From: an uncultured Gammaproteobacteria bacterium
GTDB lineage: Bacteria > Pseudomonadota > Gammaproteobacteria > Magnimaribacterales > TMED112
DNA length: 64,000 nt
Reading direction: 5' to 3'
Assembly: GCA_913052565.1 (NCBI GenBank)
Contig: CAJXFH010000002.1
Location: forward strand, 39,324 to 103,323
Both the position numbers and the translations under genes were made by a program. Below are positions 1 through 8,470 of the stretch, piece by piece. Every line of letters begins with the position of its first letter. Position 1 is the stretch's first letter. Under the pieces are notes generated by a model, which was not told where the DNA came from, did no database searches, and saw only the letters and a list, made by a program, of their open reading frames with translations.

Positions 1-706
1 CAGATCATCTGTCTCTACATATGGAGCAATAAGCCTTGCTAAAGAAGCATGCGCAGGCCTCCTTTTTTCAAAAGAAGTCAAAAATCTTCGCGCAGCACTT
101 AATGAGGATAATCAGATTATAAGCATCATCGGTGGATCAAAGATTTCGACAAAGCTATCTGTTATTGAGAATCTCATTGAAAAATCTCAAAGTGTTTTAG
201 TGGGAGGGGGCATTGCAAACACATTCATAAAGGCCAGTGGTTTTGAGGTGGGTGCTTCATTGGTAGAGGACGAAATGCTAGATATTTCGAAAAGACTTCT
301 TCAAACAAACAAAATAATACTTCCTAAAAAAGTTTACACTGCTGAATCTCCTCAATCGACAATTGTTAGTTCGGTGAACATTGATCAGGTTAAGAAAAAT
401 GAAATGATTTTAGATATAGAATTTAATGAATCTGAAGTTTCTAAAAAAAATTCTCCTTTTATTCTGTGGAATGGTCCTTTGGGAATATTTGAGATTGAAC
501 AATTTTCAACTGGTACTCGACAACTCATAAATTTTTTAGGAGAGACAGACTCAAAAGTCATTGCAGGAGGAGGTGAAACGATTTATGCGATCAACAAATT
601 CTCTGAACTCAGCAAATTTCATTATGTTTCCACTGCTGGTGGTGCATTTTTGAAATATTTGTCAGGAGCACAACTACCATCTATAGAAGCATTAGAGTTA
701 AAATAA
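1..706 (+). CDS. pgk: phosphoglycerate kinase, C-terminal part (5' end outside window)
   Basis: Frame 2 is open from nt 2. The translation ..STYGAISLAKEA..IIGGSKISTKLSVIENLIEKSQSVLVGGGIANTF..STAGGAFLKYL carries conserved PGK motifs. Track ORF 200..706 is only the part after an internal GTG. pgk-fba adjacency supports the call. Confidence 0.9.
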   Translation, partial: RSSVSTYGAISLAKEACAGLLFSKEVKNLRAALNEDNQIISIIGGSKISTKLSVIENLIEKSQSVLVGGGIANTFIKASGFEVGASLVEDEMLDISKRLLQTNKIILPKKVYTAESPQSTIVSSVNIDQVKKNEMILDIEFNESEVSKKNSPFILWNGPLGIFEIEQFSTGTRQLINFLGETDSKVIAGGGETIYAINKFSELSKFHYVSTAGGAFLKYLSGAQLPSIEALELK

Positions 707-710
707 TCTA

Positions 711-1724
711 ATGGACTTAAATTCACTTTCTGACATAGCAAACTATATTGTTAGCAATGGCAAAGGTATCTTAGCCGCAGATGAGAGCAACCCAACTTGT
801 AAAAAAAGGTTCGATACTATTCAGGTTGATTGCACAGAAGAGAGCAGAAGGAATTACAGGAATATGCTTTTTTCGGCAGATGGTATGAAAGACAATATTG
901 GTGGGGTGATTCTTTTTGATGAAACCATTAGACAAGAATCGATTGATGGAAAGCCACTTACAGAAATAATCTTAATGAATGGTGCGCTCCCAGGCATAAA
1001 AGTAGACAAAGGATTACTTCCTTTTAATAACTCAGAAGTAGAAACAATAACTCAAGGATTAGATGGTTTGCATGAGAGATGCCATGAGTATGAAAGGATG
1101 GGAGCTAAATTCACTAAATGGCGCGCTGTAATTAATATTGGTAAAGATATGCCTACACAAGAGTGCATAGATGCCAACATGGAAGCGTTGGCTAAGTACG
1201 CAAAGATAGCTCAAGAAAATAAAATGGTTCCTATAGTTGAACCTGAAATTCTAATCAATGGCAATCATTCCATAGATGATTGTTTTAATGCTACCTCAAG
1301 GTCAATCAAAGCTTTATTTGATTACCTTGATAGCTATGATGTAGATGTAAAAGGAACTCTTCTTAAGCCGAATATGATTACTGCAGGCGCTGATCATAGC
1401 AACAAGTCATCTGTGGAGGAGGTTGCTGAATATACTCTTAAATGCTTAAAAGAAAATGTCCCATCTGATCTTCCCGGTATTACATTTCTTTCTGGTGGCC
1501 AAACAGAAATTGAATCTACCGAGCATCTTGATGCCATGAATAAACTCGAAGAGTTGCCGTGGAAACTTAGTTTCTCTTATGGCAGAGCGCTTCAACAGTC
1601 TGCATTAAATGCATGGCTTGGAAAAGATGAAAATATGGCCGCAGCACAAAACGCTTTTTCTCACAGAGCACACATGAATAAGTTAGCAGCTTTGGGTGAA
1701 TGGTCAAAATCATTAGAGGGTTAA
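711..1724 (+). CDS. fba: fructose-bisphosphate aldolase, class I
   Basis: 337 aa. It has the GKGILAADES N-terminal motif and class I aldolase length and profile, and it lies directly after pgk. Confidence 0.85.
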   Translation: MDLNSLSDIANYIVSNGKGILAADESNPTCKKRFDTIQVDCTEESRRNYRNMLFSADGMKDNIGGVILFDETIRQESIDGKPLTEIILMNGALPGIKVDKGLLPFNNSEVETITQGLDGLHERCHEYERMGAKFTKWRAVINIGKDMPTQECIDANMEALAKYAKIAQENKMVPIVEPEILINGNHSIDDCFNATSRSIKALFDYLDSYDVDVKGTLLKPNMITAGADHSNKSSVEEVAEYTLKCLKENVPSDLPGITFLSGGQTEIESTEHLDAMNKLEELPWKLSFSYGRALQQSALNAWLGKDENMAAAQNAFSHRAHMNKLAALGEWSKSLEG

Positions 1725-2264
1725 GTGAAAACAGCCTGTGTGTTTTTATCTTCGCGTGAACCAAAAATTGAATTAGATGAAGATATAAAAAATTTTGCAT
1801 CTTTTATTTCAAAAAATAACTTAAAACTTATGTATGGTGGAGGAAAGTGTGGTTTGATGGGAAAACTATCAAAATCTGTGTTCGACAATGGAGGGAAAAC
1901 AATTGGAATAACTTTGCCTATGTTCGACGATATGGGAGTTACACCCGATTATTTAGACCAACTAACCACCGAAGAAAATTTCTACTTAAGAAAAAAAAGC
2001 ATGATTGATAAGTCTGATTTTTTTGTAATCTTCCCTGGAGGAGTTGGCACTGCTGATGAGTTTTTTGATATTTTTAATCATCTTTGCCTTGGTTTAGAAA
2101 ATAAGAATATATATGTGTTTAACAAAGATGATTGCTGGACTGATTTGCTTAAATGGATAGATAAAAATGTTGAACTAAACATGTTAAAAAATAAGCCAGA
2201 TGGTTTATTTGTATCTGAGACAATAAACGATCTACAAAATAGGATAGAGAAAAATGAATTTTGA
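1725..2264 (+). CDS. LOG / TIGR00730 family Rossmann-fold protein (nucleotide 5'-monophosphate nucleosidase-like)
   Basis: 179 aa. The signatures YGGGKCGLMG and FPGGVGTADE match the GGGxxGLMG and PGGxGTxxE motifs. The GTG start abuts the fba stop. Confidence 0.75.
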   Translation: MKTACVFLSSREPKIELDEDIKNFASFISKNNLKLMYGGGKCGLMGKLSKSVFDNGGKTIGITLPMFDDMGVTPDYLDQLTTEENFYLRKKSMIDKSDFFVIFPGGVGTADEFFDIFNHLCLGLENKNIYVFNKDDCWTDLLKWIDKNVELNMLKNKPDGLFVSETINDLQNRIEKNEF

Positions 2265-4164
2265 CATTAAAGATTTCCAGAATCCAAGCATTAAGGATTT
2301 TGCAGAGTATAAAGAAATGTATGAACGCTCAATAAATGAGCCTGATAAATTTTTCCTAGAGCAGGCAAATAAGCATATTTCTTGGTTTCAAAGACCAACA
2401 AAAGGCTCATCTGGCTCATTTGAAAAACCAGCCTGGTTTGAAGACGGAAAGTTAAATATTTCTTATAACTGTATTGATAGACATTGTGAAAGTAGGCCTA
2501 ATGATACAGCTATTATTTGGCAGGGCGACGATAAGGATAGTTCAAACAAAATATCTTTTTCTGAGTTATTGGCAGAAGTATCTAGGCTCGCTAATGCTTT
2601 GAAAAAAATTGGTGTAAAAAAAGGCGATCGTATTTGCATTTATATGCCAATGATTCCTCAAGCAGCTTATGCAATGTTTGCATGTATGCGGCTTGGCGCA
2701 GTTCATTCAGTTGTATTTGGTGGTTTTTCTCCAGAGGCAATTAGTTCAAGGATATTAGATTCAGATTGTAGATATGTTATTACAGCTGATGAAGGCATAA
2801 GGGGAGGAAAAAAAATACCCCTAAAAAACAGCGTAGACCAAGCTTTAGAGAAATGTCCTGATGTCAAACACTGCATTGTTTATCGCTACACAAATACAGA
2901 TATTTTTTGGGACGAGGAAAGAGATCTTGACTATAAGACAATTACAGAGGGTGAAGAGGACTTTTGTGAATGTGAATCTTTAGGCTCTGAGGATCCATCT
3001 TTTATACTTTATACATCTGGCTCCACAGGAAAACCAAAAGGTGTTATGCATACTACAGGCGGTTATTTATTAGGAGCCTGTTTATCTTTTAAGTATATTT
3101 TTGGTTACTCCGAAAAAGACATTTACTGGTGTACTGCAGATGTCGGCTGGATTACAGGACATACCTATATACTTTATGGTCCCCTTTGTAATGGTGCTAC
3201 GACTTTGATGTTTGAGGGCATTCCAACTTATCCAGATCCCTCACGATTTTGGGAGGTTTGTGATCAACATAATGTAAATATTTTTTATACAGCTCCAACT
3301 GCCATTAGAGCATTAATAGCAAAAGGGGAAAAATTTTTGTCTTCATCAACTAGATCAAGCCTTAAAGTATTGGGCACTGTAGGTGAACCAATAAATCCCG
3401 AGGTTTGGGAGTGGTATTTTTCAAAAGTTGGAAATTCACGTTGTGAGGTGGTTGATACATGGTGGCAAACTGAAACAGGTTCAGTTCTCATTTCACCTAT
3501 TGCTGGCATTACGCCAAAAAAACCAGGATCAGCTACACTACCATTTTTTGGGGTTCTTCCATCGCTTGTGAATACAGATGGTGTTGAACAGAAAGGGGAT
3601 GTAAAAGGCAATCTATGTATCAATCAAAGCTGGCCAAGTCAGATAAGAACGGTATATGGAGATCATCAAAGAATGGTAGATACATATTTTTCTCAATATC
3701 ACGGCAAATATTTTACTGGTGATGGAGCTAGACGAGATGCAGATGGATATTATTGGGTGACTGGCAGGGTTGATGATGTGTTAAATGTATCAGGACACAG
3801 AATTGGAACAGCAGAGGTAGAAAGCGCTATTGTCACACATAAAGATGTAGCTGAATCAGCAGTTGTTGGGATAGAACACCCAATTAAAGGTCAAGCTATT
3901 TATGCATACGTAATCTTAAAGGATACTGAAAAAAAATTAGATGACCTTGAAGTTGAAATTGTCGAAATCGTATCAAAAGTTATTGGAAAAATAGCTAAGC
4001 CAGAAAAAATACATTTTACAAAGGATCTTCCGAAAACAAGATCGGGAAAAATCATGCGTAGAATTCTTAGAAAAATTGCTAATGATGATACTGATAACCT
4101 AGGTGATGTGACTACATTAGCAGATCCAAATATTGTTCAGCAGCTGATAGATTCAAAAAAATAG
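2254..4164 (+). CDS. acs: acetyl-CoA synthetase (AMP-forming)
   Basis: 636 aa. It carries YTSGSTGKPKG, the DGYYWVTGRVDDV hinge and PKTRSGKIMRR, typical of Acs. It overlaps the upstream gene by 11 nt. Confidence 0.92.
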   Translation: MNFDIKDFQNPSIKDFAEYKEMYERSINEPDKFFLEQANKHISWFQRPTKGSSGSFEKPAWFEDGKLNISYNCIDRHCESRPNDTAIIWQGDDKDSSNKISFSELLAEVSRLANALKKIGVKKGDRICIYMPMIPQAAYAMFACMRLGAVHSVVFGGFSPEAISSRILDSDCRYVITADEGIRGGKKIPLKNSVDQALEKCPDVKHCIVYRYTNTDIFWDEERDLDYKTITEGEEDFCECESLGSEDPSFILYTSGSTGKPKGVMHTTGGYLLGACLSFKYIFGYSEKDIYWCTADVGWITGHTYILYGPLCNGATTLMFEGIPTYPDPSRFWEVCDQHNVNIFYTAPTAIRALIAKGEKFLSSSTRSSLKVLGTVGEPINPEVWEWYFSKVGNSRCEVVDTWWQTETGSVLISPIAGITPKKPGSATLPFFGVLPSLVNTDGVEQKGDVKGNLCINQSWPSQIRTVYGDHQRMVDTYFSQYHGKYFTGDGARRDADGYYWVTGRVDDVLNVSGHRIGTAEVESAIVTHKDVAESAVVGIEHPIKGQAIYAYVILKDTEKKLDDLEVEIVEIVSKVIGKIAKPEKIHFTKDLPKTRSGKIMRRILRKIANDDTDNLGDVTTLADPNIVQQLIDSKK

Positions 4165-4207
4165 CGAGATCAACTGACACGGCAAAAGCCGCATCAATTG
4201 AGAGGTA

Positions 4208-4504
4208 TTAAATTTGTTTTAGCCCGTCCCATTTGCAAGTTTTAATGCCGCTTGCACTTTCTACTTTAAAGGAGTTTGCAATTTTCTCATTTTCAAAATA
4301 GATCTTATGGAATAATCGGTTTGTAGGGCAGCTATTTTTCGTTAAAACATTGCCAACAAGTGTTTTACCGCTGGATAACTGAAAAATTATCTGATTATTA
4401 TTAGTGAAACTTATGTCTGTAATGTCAGCGCTTTTGAAATCAGCATTAGAGTGAGCAATACAGGACAACAAAGTGAACCCAATGACCAATAAAAATTTTT
4501 TCAT
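4208..4504 (-). CDS. small secreted or lipoprotein-like hypothetical protein
   Basis: 98 aa. The N-terminal signal peptide MKKFLLVIGFTLLSC has a possible lipobox, and there are further Cys residues in the mature part. I recognise no family. Confidence 0.5.
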   Translation of the reverse strand: MKKFLLVIGFTLLSCIAHSNADFKSADITDISFTNNNQIIFQLSSGKTLVGNVLTKNSCPTNRLFHKIYFENEKIANSFKVESASGIKTCKWDGLKQI

Positions 4505-4522
4505 AGCTTTATATTAACAGAT

Positions 4523-4542
4523 TGTCACATTTCTGTCACATT
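4523..4542 (-). repeat. tandem direct repeat TGTCACATT x2 with 11-bp period, 19-38 bp upstream of the 98-aa ORF start
   Basis: The plus strand reads atTGTCACATTtcTGTCACATTattg. On the coding (minus) strand this is AATGTGACAgaAATGTGACAat. One helical turn of spacing suggests a protein-binding site. Confidence 0.5.
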
Positions 4543-4570
4543 ATTGTAATTTAAATGTTGAATAAGAAAA

Positions 4571-4711
4571 TTAGTTGTTTTCTTTTGCTTCAGAGATATT
4601 GGCGTTGTGCTTTTTCTTTCTTGAATACTTCTTTTTATCAGGTTCAATTTTATGTTTATATTTTGGTGTCCTTAAGTCTTTAACTAATGGATTACGCTTC
4701 TTTTTTTTCAT
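4571..4711 (-). CDS. 46-aa highly basic protein, ArfA-like (alternative ribosome-rescue factor candidate)
   Basis: Not in the track (under 60 aa). Manual translation gives MKKKKRNPLVKDLRTPKYKHKIEPDKKKYSRKKKHNANISEAKENN. The ATG lies 20 nt inside the tatC 3' end. The pattern P-x-[FY]-[KR]-x-[KR]-[VI]-E-x-x-KK...Y-x-RK-x-KH aligns with E. coli ArfA [23 protein letters not shown]. It fills an otherwise unexplained 187-nt gap. Confidence 0.5.
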   Translation of the reverse strand: MKKKKRNPLVKDLRTPKYKHKIEPDKKKYSRKKKHNANISEAKENN

Positions 4712-5405
4712 TACTGAAAATGATTCCTATTTCAAAAAGCAAATACATTGGAACTGCCATCAAGAATTGTGATATCACATCAGGTGGTGTAAAAAGCATT
4801 CCAAAAACAAAGCAAATTACAAGAACTACCCCTCTGTAATCTTTAAGCTTCTTTTTTCCAATAATATTTAGCAATATAAGCGCATTTACAAACACAGGAA
4901 CCTGAAACGCAATTCCGAACCCAATTAAAATTGTTAAAACAAAACTAAGAAAATTTGAAATATCTGTACTTACAGTAATTGATTCAGGACCTACCGATTG
5001 AAAAAAATTTAAAACATTAGGCAAAACAACTAAAAAACAGAATGTAATCCCTAAAAAAAATAGTATTGCACCAAAAATTGCACGAGTAAAAATGATTGAT
5101 TTTTCATTTGGATATAAGCCAGGCGACATGTACTTAAGTACTTGATATAGCCAAAAAGGCATACTCGCCATAGCAGCTAGATAGGCTGAAAGTTTAAGAG
5201 GTACTATGAATGGAGAAGCAACCTCAACTGCAATCAACTGAATGCTTGTAAAGTTATTTAAATATCCAGTAATTGTCTCAAAGAAAAAATTATTAAAAGG
5301 ATAAATGCACAAGAAACTTAGAATAAAAAAAATTAACATGTAAAGTAGTCTTCTTCTAAGCTCAACAAAATGATCTCCAATATTACTCATTTTTTTCTTT
5401 TTCAA
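4692..5405 (-). CDS. tatC: twin-arginine translocase subunit TatC
   Basis: 237 aa, polytopic. It has the HFVELRRRLL N-terminal motif and follows tatA-tatB. Confidence 0.9.
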   Translation of the reverse strand: MKKKKMSNIGDHFVELRRRLLYMLIFFILSFLCIYPFNNFFFETITGYLNNFTSIQLIAVEVASPFIVPLKLSAYLAAMASMPFWLYQVLKYMSPGLYPNEKSIIFTRAIFGAILFFLGITFCFLVVLPNVLNFFQSVGPESITVSTDISNFLSFVLTILIGFGIAFQVPVFVNALILLNIIGKKKLKDYRGVVLVICFVFGMLFTPPDVISQFLMAVPMYLLFEIGIIFSNEKKEA

Positions 5406-5619
5406 ATTCCCTCATTTTGGTTTCATTAAAAATATCTTGTTTTAACTCTTGCACATTAAGCTCTTTCTCTAAGTCTTCTTTTGTTGAAGTAGCAAAATTT
5501 TGGAGTTGAATGAAAAACTTATAGATCGTTTTAATATATCCCTGAATTTTTTCTGGCTTCACAGAAAAAAAAGCTACAAGAAGTATTATTAAAAGTTCAG
5601 GAATCCCTATTTGGATCAT
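5383..5619 (-). CDS. tatB: twin-arginine translocase subunit TatB (short form)
   Basis: 78 aa. IQIGIPELLIILLVAFF..KPEKI resembles E. coli TatB FDIGFSELLLV..GPQRL. It overlaps tatC by 23 nt. Confidence 0.75.
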   Translation of the reverse strand: MIQIGIPELLIILLVAFFSVKPEKIQGYIKTIYKFFIQLQNFATSTKEDLEKELNVQELKQDIFNETKMREFEKEKNE

Positions 5620-5755
5620 CTTCTTCTTTTATTTCTTTTTTAAAGCCTTTAAGCGCTTTGCCCAGGTCAGAGCCCATTGATTTCATGCGTGAGGTTCCAA
5701 AGATGAGCACAATAATTAATAAAACAACTAAAATTTGCCAAAAACCTATACTCAT
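5597..5755 (-). CDS. tatA: twin-arginine translocase subunit TatA
   Basis: Not in the track. Manual translation gives MSIGFWQILVVLLIIVLIFGTSRMKSMGSDLGKALKGFKKEIKEEDDPNRDS (52 aa), matching the TatA/E consensus FG..K....G.DLG.A.KGFK. The ATGA overlap with the ubiB stop is 4 nt, and it overlaps tatB by 23 nt. Confidence 0.85.
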   Translation of the reverse strand: MSIGFWQILVVLLIIVLIFGTSRMKSMGSDLGKALKGFKKEIKEEDDPNRDS

Positions 5756-7143
5756 ATCTCTTCTCCTGTTTCCTCTGAAAACTTATATTTTGATTCTTCA
5801 ATTTTTTTCAGAATCATATATGTAAGTATATGTTTTTTTGAGACAAGATACTTAATTAAACCTTTGACACTATACTTGTCTTTGAGCCATTTTTTTATGA
5901 AAGGATCTGCAACTGACCAAAAGTCTAGATCAGGGTAGATTTGCCTACCCATACCTTCAATATGAATTAAAGTTTTCACTAGCAGAATAAGGTCATTATC
6001 CAGAAATAAATCAAACTGTTTCATTCCGTCAAATAAGTTTAAGAGTAATTCACCGAATAAAATTTCATTAAGTGGTTTATCAAGTAAGCTTTCGCAATTT
6101 GCACGGAGTACAGCCTCAAGGTCCTCTGTTTTTGTTTTTTCGTCTACCCACTCAGCAAAAATAAATAATTGAGCAAGTGAAAAGAAATCTCTATCAAGCA
6201 AACATGAAATCATTTGTGCTAAAAGGATCTGGTTTGATTCTGTGAGTGATCCACATATTGCATAATCAACAGCATAATAATAAGGATCATTTGGTTTATC
6301 TTTGGCTGCAAAGATATTTCCTGGATGCATGTCTGCATGGAAAAAATTATCCTCAAAAACTTGCTTTAAGAAAATCTGAACACCATTTTCCGATAGTTTT
6401 TTTAAATCAAGCCCATAAGCTCGGAGATTTGAAACATTTGTAATTGGTTCTCCGTCTATGTATTCCATTACTAAAGTTTTTTTAGTGGTAAATTCATCAT
6501 GAATTCTTGGTACATATAGAAATGAACTGTGAGCAAAATTACTAAAAGTCTTTTTTGCATTTGCAGCTTCAAGCCTGAAATCAAGCTCATTTGTTATTAC
6601 TTTTTCATAGTCATTTACAACAAGATTTAGATCTACACGTGGATATCCCTTATAAAAGAATCTCAATGCTTTCACAGCAAATCGCAAAGCATCAATATCT
6701 CTTTGAATCTGTTTTTCAAGACCAGGCCTTTGAACTTTTACAACTAATTCTTCATTGTTCAGTGTTACTCTATGAACTTGAGCTAGCGAAGCAGATGCTA
6801 AGGGCACCGCATCAATATTCTTTAGTAAGGTATCTGCTCGTTGACCAAGATTTCTTTTCAATTCCTCCTTGATGTACGAAAAATCTATAGGCTCGCAGCT
6901 ATCAGTGAGCTCTTTAAGATTGCTAGCTAGTTCTTGACTAATAAGGTCAGTCCTGGTTGAAAGCAGTTGCCCAAGTTTTATAAATACGGGCCCAAGATTC
7001 TCAAGCGATTTCTTAAATTTATTTTCAATATCTTTAGGTCTTGCAAACTGTTTTAAAAAGGGATTGAATCCATCAACAAAAAGATGAAATATTCCACTTG
7101 ATCTTAGTGTAAAGAAGATTTCAAGAAGCCTTAATATTTTCAT
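5752..7143 (-). CDS. ubiB: ubiquinone biosynthesis regulatory kinase-like protein UbiB (ABC1/AarF family)
   Basis: 463 aa. It has the motifs GPVFIKLGQLLSTRTDL and ASLAQVH, and it sits in ubiE-ubiB-tat synteny. It is shorter than the ~546-aa E. coli protein, and no C-terminal TM pair is seen. Confidence 0.85.
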   Translation of the reverse strand: MKILRLLEIFFTLRSSGIFHLFVDGFNPFLKQFARPKDIENKFKKSLENLGPVFIKLGQLLSTRTDLISQELASNLKELTDSCEPIDFSYIKEELKRNLGQRADTLLKNIDAVPLASASLAQVHRVTLNNEELVVKVQRPGLEKQIQRDIDALRFAVKALRFFYKGYPRVDLNLVVNDYEKVITNELDFRLEAANAKKTFSNFAHSSFLYVPRIHDEFTTKKTLVMEYIDGEPITNVSNLRAYGLDLKKLSENGVQIFLKQVFEDNFFHADMHPGNIFAAKDKPNDPYYYAVDYAICGSLTESNQILLAQMISCLLDRDFFSLAQLFIFAEWVDEKTKTEDLEAVLRANCESLLDKPLNEILFGELLLNLFDGMKQFDLFLDNDLILLVKTLIHIEGMGRQIYPDLDFWSVADPFIKKWLKDKYSVKGLIKYLVSKKHILTYMILKKIEESKYKFSEETGEEI

Positions 7144-7889
7144 TTTATTCCTTTATGAATTGACACTATTCCTTTAAAAATATTTTCATAACTGACTGAA
7201 CTGAATCCTGCTTCATTGAAAAGTTTCACGAGCTCTTCTTGATTCTCATGAGTTCTTATAGACTTTACCAGATATTCATAACTGGCTTTATCACCGGAAA
7301 CTAGCTCTCCTAAAGTTGGAATTACATTAAAGCTATAAAAGTCATAAAGCTTATTGAATGATTCTCCCTCAGGCTTTGAAAATTCAAGAATTTGCAATTG
7401 ACCGCCTTCTTTAAGAACTCTCATTATTTCTTTCAATGCCTTTGGTTTGTCTGAAAAGTTTCTGAAACCAAAAGATATGAATACATGATCAAAGAAACTA
7501 TCTGAATATGGTAGCTTTTCAGCACTTGACACAGCAAAATGACATTTATTAATAAACCCTTCATTTACTGATCTTTCTTTAGCTTGATCAATCATATCTG
7601 AATTTTGATCACACAAATACACAGTTTTACCTTTAACTTTTTTTGACAAAATTTTTGAAATATCTCCTGTTCCTGCAGCCAAATCCAAACATTTATGATT
7701 TCTTTCAACCGCTGCAGAATTAACATAAGAGGATTTCCATAATCTATGCATGCCCACTGACATCAAATCATTCATAAGATCATAATTATCTGAAACTCTG
7801 GAAAATATATCCTCTACTCCAGTCTTCTTTTGCCCCTTGGAAACTTTCTTGTCTCCAAAGAATACTTTTTGATTATCTTTATCGCTCAT
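7140..7889 (-). CDS. ubiE: demethylmenaquinone / ubiquinone C-methyltransferase UbiE
   Basis: 249 aa. It has YDLMNDLMSVGMHRLWK and the SAM-binding DLAAGTGD motif. It overlaps ubiB by 4 nt. Confidence 0.9.
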   Translation of the reverse strand: MSDKDNQKVFFGDKKVSKGQKKTGVEDIFSRVSDNYDLMNDLMSVGMHRLWKSSYVNSAAVERNHKCLDLAAGTGDISKILSKKVKGKTVYLCDQNSDMIDQAKERSVNEGFINKCHFAVSSAEKLPYSDSFFDHVFISFGFRNFSDKPKALKEIMRVLKEGGQLQILEFSKPEGESFNKLYDFYSFNVIPTLGELVSGDKASYEYLVKSIRTHENQEELVKLFNEAGFSSVSYENIFKGIVSIHKGIK

Positions 7890-7921
7890 ATAGTATTATT
7901 GTGTTGAGAGAAAAAGTATAA

Positions 7922-8458
7922 ATGACAAATACAAATTTACTAGCTTGGATAGATCTTGAAATGACAGGCTTAGACCCTGAGAAGCACCATATAATTGAAA
8001 TAGCAAGCCTTGTTACCGATTCAGATCTCAACATAGTTGAAGAGGGGCCAGAAATTGCAGTTTCTCAGACTGATAGTGTCCTTTCGTTAATGAATGACTG
8101 GAATGTAAATCAACATACGTCATCAGGATTGGTAAAAAAAATTAAAGATAGCTCTATTGTTTTGTCTGAAGCAGAAAAAATGACATTAGATTTTTTTAAA
8201 AAACATATAAAACAGCATAAATCTCCACTTTGTGGTAGCAGCGTGTCACATGATAGAAGATTTCTAATAAAACATATGCCTAGATTAGCTAACCATTTCC
8301 ATTATCGGCACATTGATGTGAGTTCATTCAAAGAAGTAATAAAAAGATGGAGCCCTGGTGCAGAAGAATTCCAAAAAAAATCATCTCACAGGGCAATGGA
8401 TGATATTAAAGAATCTGTAAATGAGTTAAAGTTTTATAGAGAAAAATTTTTCAAATAA
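7922..8458 (+). CDS. orn: oligoribonuclease
   Basis: 178 aa DEDDh exonuclease with LAWIDLEMTGLDP and H..D near the C-terminus. Confidence 0.9.
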   Translation: MTNTNLLAWIDLEMTGLDPEKHHIIEIASLVTDSDLNIVEEGPEIAVSQTDSVLSLMNDWNVNQHTSSGLVKKIKDSSIVLSEAEKMTLDFFKKHIKQHKSPLCGSSVSHDRRFLIKHMPRLANHFHYRHIDVSSFKEVIKRWSPGAEEFQKKSSHRAMDDIKESVNELKFYREKFFK

Positions 8459-8470
8459 CACCAAACTAAA

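Noticed and set aside
4165-4207. A possible bidirectional terminator between acs and the convergent 98-aa gene (CGGC-AAAA-GCCG)
   Set aside because: The stem has only 4 bp with weak flanking pairing and no U tract on either strand. That is too weak to call.
4575-4772. A 65-aa plus-strand ORF (MFSFASEILALCFFF...) in the tatC-downstream gap
   Set aside because: It is Phe-rich because it is the complement of a Lys-rich sequence, and it runs into tatC antisense. The minus-strand ArfA-like ORF explains the region better.
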